From: an uncultured virus (IMG/VR IMGVR_UViG_3300005521_000001)
Lineage: Duplodnaviria; Heunggongvirae; Uroviricota; Caudoviricetes
IMG/VR virus record: IMGVR_UViG_3300005521_000001
DNA: 64,000 bases
Reading direction: 5' to 3' (one strand)
Both the position numbers and the translations under genes were made by a program. Positions 58,683 to 64,000 of the stretch are shown in pieces (within the stretch, counting starts at the first letter, position 1; the number at the start of each line of letters is the position of its first letter). The notes beneath the pieces are model-generated. The model was not told the origin of the DNA, searched no databases, and saw only the letters and a list, made by a program, of their open reading frames with translations.

Positions 58683-61294
58683 TCAAACCATTCCCCCATA
58701 GATGATACACCAACACCGGACATACACCGTTGCCAATTAGTGCCTAATGCACTTAATATGGCTAAGAATGAATTACTATCAGCAAACATAGTCTGTATTG
58801 ACATATCCCTATCAATAACTACATTGTAGTCATCTGGAGAGTCGCCCCATTCAATTGCTATCCTTCTATTGGTTGGTAATGGTTTATCACTGGATTTGGC
58901 GAAGTAAATACATGGCTTATCTCCTAAATCAAACTCTGTATCAAGGTTTTCATTACTCCACATTGCCGCATTATAGGCAAATGTGCCTTGTTTCTTCATG
59001 CCATATGGCTGACCAAAGGATATGGCGGGGGTTATGTCAGGGTTTTTCATGTCCTCCACCTGCTTTCTAAGAAGTTTGCCTATTTCAGTCTTGCCCGCTC
59101 CATCTAATATAGCACTAAACATCTCTTGTTGAACTGTTTTTACTACCTGTGGAGTGGAAGAACGGCGCATTTCAACGCCTCTAAAGCCGTGTTTATCGTT
59201 ATAATCAAGGTATGCATATCTCTTTTTGACCCCCCATTGGAAGTATCTTTTGTAATATGCATCAGGTTTTATGTTGAAAAATTCATTTTTATCCACATTT
59301 AAACACTCTTTGACAAAATCATCAAAGGAATTATTTAATTCATTACAAAGAATCTCTGCCATATCAATAATATCCCTCTCTGTAAAGGGTCTAATCTTAT
59401 TTTCAATCTCATCATGGTTGGATATTGCCACCTTGCATGAGTCGGTGTCCTGATATAGCGTGCTGAACCGGACTTCCATACCCTCATGAGATGGGGGCAT
59501 ATAGTCTTTATGGGTATATACTCCTTCTTTACAGAACCATAGAGTTCTTTTGTTGATATAATTCTTGTTCCAGTCATTATGACGGCGGGCAGTATCGGTA
59601 ATATCCGACCCAATTTCAGGGTCAGCCAGTCTAAATGGTCTGTTTTTTGTCTTTTCAGTTCGCCCCGACCCCAAAACACCATACCAAGAGTTCATGTTTT
59701 CTTTCATGACCCTCTGTTGCCTATCTAAAACCATAAGTCGCTTAGGGTCTTTCTCTATTTTCATCTGGTTTTTTAATTCCTGTCTTGCTGATGCAAGTTC
59801 TCTAAGAACGGTTGGCATAATTCCCACCCTGTCTCGACGGTATATTCTCCCACCTTGAGTCTTAGTTATTGGAAATGGATAACCGTTAGGGTAGTCATCG
59901 GGATTAATTTTTGTGTCAGGAGAAAAATTACCTGTGATAATTGCTGATGGATATTCCATTGAGTTATCTAACTCAAATGCATTTCTCCAAATTCCAATAG
60001 GTGCATCCATAACAAAACCCCCCTGCTCAATTCCACCTTCGGGCATAGTATCAGCAACCACTTTAGCGGAAGGCATGATAATATCTTGATTCCATAGCAA
60101 ATGACCCATCATATCTTCAACCAACATCATATTACTGTGGCTTTTGTGTAGGGTGCTATTGTGATAAGCAGTTTTCATAATATAAAACGGTAGTAAATCT
60201 AAGACCTCCATACATCGTGCCGCCACTACATTATCCCATGCGTTATAGACGGCTAACATCATTGGGTCTTTGACCATTAAATCTGTAATTCTGTTTCTCG
60301 GAACTTTACCATAGCCAAGTGTTGTTGTCGCCATCCAAGATAAAGAAGCCGCTCCGGTTGTAGTCGCAGTTCCTTGAACTTGTTCAGCGTATGCAATTTT
60401 AGTATCAAACTGTGGTAGTTTCTTAAGATAAGTTAAACTCGGAACTTTCATTCCCTCTTGTTTTAGAATCTTAGCCCTGTTATACATATATGGTATATCG
60501 TAGCCTTTGATATTTTGACCTGCTATAACATCGGGGTTATAGTGATTCAATCTTGCATGAAACCATCGAAAAAGTTCGGCTTCTCTCTGGCTTAGGTCAG
60601 GATTGTCAAAACTTTTAACAAATATCTTATCGGCCTCAATAGGCTCAATTGGATTAGTATGCTCGACCACTGAATGCAAAGCCGCTTGTGAAGAAAGAAA
60701 CCTTCTAACCATACGCTCGGAGGTTGGTGAACAAGTTCCAATTTCATGTATTCCAGTTTTCTCATCGTAAAATGCAATTGACACCACTCGCCCTGTTGGG
60801 TTCTGTGTATCTAAACAATCCTCTGTTTCAATATCCCAATACCATAAGTCGAGTGAAAATTCACTGGCCGGAACATCTGATTTGTGAACATTGACAGGTC
60901 TTAGGTTGTTCCAGTCTTTGTCCGTATCTATCTCAATAACTGCTTCCCAACCATATATCCATCTAACCAAAGATGACCATTTTGCATCAGCCGAATAATG
61001 AGGATAAAAATAATCTCGCACTTCTCTTATGTCAAATGGGGAATTAACATTGACTTCCATCAACGGTTCTCCTTGAATCGTCGTTTTATCGCTTGGTTTA
61101 ACCGACTTGATGCAAGGAAGGTTCGTAAGTGGAGGGTGTAATTTTTCAGGCTTCGTAGTCCAAAATTTAGGCTGACAACCAACAACCCTAACAACATGAC
61201 TTGAACCATCCCGTTTCTTAACTCGTAGCACTGTCGCCCAGTCTTTAATGTCGCCTGTTGTTCCAATATCAACAATCAATAATGGTTCACGCAT
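58679..61294 (-). CDS. polB: family B DNA polymerase
   Basis: Exo motifs DIETE, GQNIKGYD and YNAWD; pol motifs DNSMEYPS, KENMNSWYG, YQDTDS and KKRY; PIP-like C-terminus. Start is 19 nt from the motif at 61313. Confidence 0.95.
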   Translation of the reverse strand: MREPLLIVDIGTTGDIKDWATVLRVKKRDGSSHVVRVVGCQPKFWTTKPEKLHPPLTNLPCIKSVKPSDKTTIQGEPLMEVNVNSPFDIREVRDYFYPHYSADAKWSSLVRWIYGWEAVIEIDTDKDWNNLRPVNVHKSDVPASEFSLDLWYWDIETEDCLDTQNPTGRVVSIAFYDEKTGIHEIGTCSPTSERMVRRFLSSQAALHSVVEHTNPIEPIEADKIFVKSFDNPDLSQREAELFRWFHARLNHYNPDVIAGQNIKGYDIPYMYNRAKILKQEGMKVPSLTYLKKLPQFDTKIAYAEQVQGTATTTGAASLSWMATTTLGYGKVPRNRITDLMVKDPMMLAVYNAWDNVVAARCMEVLDLLPFYIMKTAYHNSTLHKSHSNMMLVEDMMGHLLWNQDIIMPSAKVVADTMPEGGIEQGGFVMDAPIGIWRNAFELDNSMEYPSAIITGNFSPDTKINPDDYPNGYPFPITKTQGGRIYRRDRVGIMPTVLRELASARQELKNQMKIEKDPKRLMVLDRQQRVMKENMNSWYGVLGSGRTEKTKNRPFRLADPEIGSDITDTARRHNDWNKNYINKRTLWFCKEGVYTHKDYMPPSHEGMEVRFSTLYQDTDSCKVAISNHDEIENKIRPFTERDIIDMAEILCNELNNSFDDFVKECLNVDKNEFFNIKPDAYYKRYFQWGVKKRYAYLDYNDKHGFRGVEMRRSSTPQVVKTVQQEMFSAILDGAGKTEIGKLLRKQVEDMKNPDITPAISFGQPYGMKKQGTFAYNAAMWSNENLDTEFDLGDKPCIYFAKSSDKPLPTNRRIAIEWGDSPDDYNVVIDRDMSIQTMFADSNSFLAILSALGTNWQRCMSGVGVSSMGEWFE

Positions 61295-61315
61295 GGTAGT
61301 CCATCCTATACCCAC

Positions 61316-61552
61316 CTATTTATTACGCTTTCTTGCTTCTTCAATGCGAATCAATTGTGTAGCCAAATAAACTGATAAGTCAAGTGCTTCTTCCAAAGCC
61401 ATTTCGACCCATGAATCATCTTCCGTTCCCCATTGGGTCGTATCGTCGCCATGTCTAAGACCATGACCGTATTCTTTGACTCCCTTCGCCATAGCGGTCT
61501 TGATGAGTTCTAAGATGCGTGGGTTATCGTCTGTCTGGTGTGCATCACTCAT
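61316..61552 (-). CDS. MazG-like all-alpha nucleotide pyrophosphohydrolase-type protein
   Basis: KG.KEYG..L..W.EMALEEALDLSVYL pattern; SD GGGGTGA before 61552. Confidence 0.5.
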   Translation of the reverse strand: MSDAHQTDDNPRILELIKTAMAKGVKEYGHGLRHGDDTTQWGTEDDSWVEMALEEALDLSVYLATQLIRIEEARKRNK

Positions 61553-61721
61553 CCTTGTCACCCCAATGGTTGTCGCTGACAATCTTATATTTGCCAAAGA
61601 CTCTATCCCAAAAAGACCGTTGAATCCAACAATCAATTCCTAAGTGGTGTTCAATTTCTCGCTTCATGTTATTCGCTTCAACCCTTGTTGAAACACTTGT
61701 CAGTATTACTTTATCATTCAT
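61545..61721 (-). CDS. 58-aa microprotein
   Basis: Translated by hand as MNDKVILTSVSTRVEANNMKRE..; ATGA-coupled to rfcS. Confidence 0.55.
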   Translation of the reverse strand: MNDKVILTSVSTRVEANNMKREIEHHLGIDCWIQRSFWDRVFGKYKIVSDNHWGDKDE

Positions 61722-62719
61722 TCAATCATCACCTTTCGCCACCAACATTTTACTGCCAGTATATCATCCTGTGAAACTGATGCGTAGTATAATCCCTCGC
61801 CAAGCGATTTCAAAATATCTTCCTTAAGCGCACGGGGCATTGGGTCATCTTCGTCTGTTGTCAGGTTGTAAATTGAATGTAGGATTTCTCCACCGCTCAT
61901 ACCTCGACCTGCTAAATCATCAATAGACCTATCTAACTCCCTACTTAGTTCGTGAACCTTATCTTTATTCTTATGACATTGAATAATTTTTCCAAGCATA
62001 TATTTTGCTTGTATTGGATTTAGTGTTGAAATATATTCTTCAACATCTTCCGGCTTGACCTCTGTTGGAATACGGGTCAAAGTCCAAAGTATATTGAGAG
62101 CCTTTCTCATAGAACCACTTGACGCTTCACTAATCATTAGTAATGCTTTGTGGCCGATATTGAAGCCCAATGAATCAAGGTAGTTTGTCATGTCCTCTTT
62201 ACTAATTGGTTTGAATCTGGTATTGGAAAAAGCGCATCGGTCAAGCACCGGACTAATTATTCTGTGCGGGTAATTGCCCGATAAAATAAATCGGGTGTTC
62301 TTGTATTTCTCCATGATGCGTCTTAGAGCCGACTGTGCTTCCTGTGTCAGGTTGTCGCATTCATCTAAGAATATCACATTGAACGGTATCGGCATTTGCA
62401 CACCATCAACCTCAAATGAACCTAAAATTCCTTTCTTGGCGAAGCCTTTGACCTTTTCTCTAATGACACCAATAGACCTCTCATCGGAGGCATTGAGTTC
62501 AATAAAATTCCTATCCCAGTCATCACCGAATGAATCTTTCAGGAATGCAATAGCCGTTGCAGTTTTACCTGTGCCTTGTTTGCCAAAGAAACCCATGTGA
62601 GGTATCGTATTACCTTTACCTTCTCTAATAACATTGACCATAGCCTTGAGGTATTTTATGATGTGGTCTTGACCCACTATATCATCAAGAGTCTGTGGTC
62701 GAAGTTTTTCAGTCAGCAT
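61718..62719 (-). CDS. rfcS: replication factor C small subunit (clamp loader)
   Basis: EKLRPQTLDDIVGQ, GKQGTGKT, ELNASDER, LDECDNLT..AQSALRR and GSMRKALN. Confidence 0.95.
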   Translation of the reverse strand: MLTEKLRPQTLDDIVGQDHIIKYLKAMVNVIREGKGNTIPHMGFFGKQGTGKTATAIAFLKDSFGDDWDRNFIELNASDERSIGVIREKVKGFAKKGILGSFEVDGVQMPIPFNVIFLDECDNLTQEAQSALRRIMEKYKNTRFILSGNYPHRIISPVLDRCAFSNTRFKPISKEDMTNYLDSLGFNIGHKALLMISEASSGSMRKALNILWTLTRIPTEVKPEDVEEYISTLNPIQAKYMLGKIIQCHKNKDKVHELSRELDRSIDDLAGRGMSGGEILHSIYNLTTDEDDPMPRALKEDILKSLGEGLYYASVSQDDILAVKCWWRKVMIE

Positions 62720-62900
62720 TCTTAGTCCTCATCTTTTCTTCTTCATACTTGTCCATACCCACTCTCAAACTATGTTCATAGTCCTCATTACATGGAGGGC
62801 ATAAATCACATTCAAGGTGATGACTTGGGCTAAGAACAAACTTAACATTACAATTTCGGCACTTTTTCTTAACAACAAACAATCTTATCTTCTCGCTCAT
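62709..62900 (-). CDS. small zinc-finger protein
   Basis: CRNC..CPPC; ATG 62900 is 19 nt from the motif at 62919. Confidence 0.65.
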   Translation of the reverse strand: MSEKIRLFVVKKKCRNCNVKFVLSPSHHLECDLCPPCNEDYEHSLRVGMDKYEEEKMRTKNAD

Positions 62901-62965
62901 GTCTAATGCTACGAAGCACACCTATATAAGGATATTCCCTATAAGTCCTTGATGGGTTATGAATT

Positions 62966-63448
62966 TCACCAAGCAGACTTACGCTTTGCATCCATCTTAG
63001 CCTTTCGTGCATCAGATTTAGCCTTTTTGTCAGCCTTTAATTTTGCCGATTCAATCTCCGCATCTCTTAGACCTTGATGTAGTTCAACACTTAGGCGAAC
63101 TATGTCTCCAATGATAGGGTCGTTAAAATCAACAATATCAATCTTCCAGTCTAAGCCTCTCTTAAAGAAAGAAATATCTTCGACATTGTGACTTCCTTGC
63201 TTTATTAGTTCTAATCCTTTCAATTGTGTCAATACACTGTCTCTAACCCATATTGAAGCACCTACGCCTCTTCCGCCATAGATACATGCTACATTCCATT
63301 GCGAATCTTCGCTGAATCTAACTGCCTGATAGCCTACTGCTCCGGCTGACCTTTCAATGATGGTCATGTTGTGTTTATTTTCAAACAAATCTAAGATGAA
63401 TTGTTTGGTCGCTTTTTTAATCTCGTTTTTGGACATTTCACTGTTCAT
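62966..63448 (-). CDS. hypothetical protein with a basic tail
   Basis: Class I motif at 63468. Confidence 0.7.
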   Translation of the reverse strand: MNSEMSKNEIKKATKQFILDLFENKHNMTIIERSAGAVGYQAVRFSEDSQWNVACIYGGRGVGASIWVRDSVLTQLKGLELIKQGSHNVEDISFFKRGLDWKIDIVDFNDPIIGDIVRLSVELHQGLRDAEIESAKLKADKKAKSDARKAKMDAKRKSAW

Positions 63449-63969
63449 GTTTCATTGTGTGTCACCCCACCTATATGAAGGGTGAACCTGTCGTCATAAT
63501 TTCCTTTAGCATGTTTTTCACAACAAGAACGGCATACTGCGCCACATAAAGGGGTATTTTTGACGATAACTACCTCACAATGGAGACAATTATGAATGAA
63601 TTTATGTTGATTGCGGGAGAGCATTCTGGCAAATGTTAGTGTTTTTTCTTTAAAGAAGTAATAAAACTGCCATTCTTCCTCATATTTTTGAAACTCTTCA
63701 CTGTGTCCTTTGTCTAATCCTATCATATAATGGCATAATTCGTGGTGAATTAAGCCTTTTATTAGGTATTTATGCAAAAATGCATGGGGATGGAGTTCAA
63801 TAACTGGTCGGTTTCCTTCAAAAAACAAACGGGCTTGAACATTTTTGTAGTCATATGGAAGATAACGCCATTCAAAAGTAGTAGGAAGTCCGATAGACCA
63901 ACCACGCTCAAGGCATAATTGATAGAATACATGGTGAATATGTGTTCGGTGTGTCTCGCTTAATGTCAT
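63445..63969 (-). CDS. SprT-like zinc metalloprotease
   Basis: IHHELCH..GH..EF and C-terminal CLHC..CRSC. Confidence 0.8.
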   Translation of the reverse strand: MTLSETHRTHIHHVFYQLCLERGWSIGLPTTFEWRYLPYDYKNVQARLFFEGNRPVIELHPHAFLHKYLIKGLIHHELCHYMIGLDKGHSEEFQKYEEEWQFYYFFKEKTLTFARMLSRNQHKFIHNCLHCEVVIVKNTPLCGAVCRSCCEKHAKGNYDDRFTLHIGGVTHNET

Positions 63970-64000
63970 TTTTCATCAATTATTAATATCTCGCCATCTC

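Noticed and set aside
49784..61294. Inteins or introns in polB or terL
   Set aside because: Protein lengths are ordinary, motifs are contiguous, and no intein splice motifs were noticed.
363..62600. Numerous plus-strand ORFs in the track (e.g. 363..752, 6047..6517, 45097..46134, 62274..62600)
   Set aside because: They are antisense shadows of well-supported minus-strand genes, S/F-rich, and lack promoter motifs.

Overview
A 64-kb segment of a tailed archaeal dsDNA virus (Caudoviricetes). Nearly all genes lie on the minus strand. The gene content fits a magrovirus (virus of Marine Group II/Poseidoniales), but this host assignment is an inference from gene content only. The window encodes an almost complete archaeal-type replisome: PolB, PCNA, RFC small and large subunits, a PriS-PriL fusion primase, an MCM-like AAA+ helicase, an RPA-like SSB, an XPD-like helicase, an ERCC4 nuclease, and a Sak4-like ATPase with a Cas4-like nuclease. 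It also has HK97-type head genes, siphovirus-like tail genes scattered among the replication genes, a MoxR/vWA pair, a Mom-like DNA modifier, a glycosyltransferase and many microproteins. Reading the intergenic DNA by eye shows two classes of TATA promoter at a fixed distance (about -29) from mostly leaderless start codons. Class I (TTATATAGG(T/G)G, about 30 copies) precedes mainly replication and accessory genes. Class II (TTWDAACC-like, about 13 copies) precedes virion genes. The main finding is that four class I promoters have no start codon and instead point at GC-rich non-coding blocks. Three of these (about 280-315 nt) fold into multi-stem RNAs with probable pseudoknots, and their first helix begins at or within 2 nt of the predicted +1. 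They are a candidate set of undescribed viral structured ncRNAs. Other findings are a -1 frameshift in the tail chaperone, 3'-UTR pseudoknots and a candidate replication origin. All calls were made by manual inspection; no database searches or folding programs were run.
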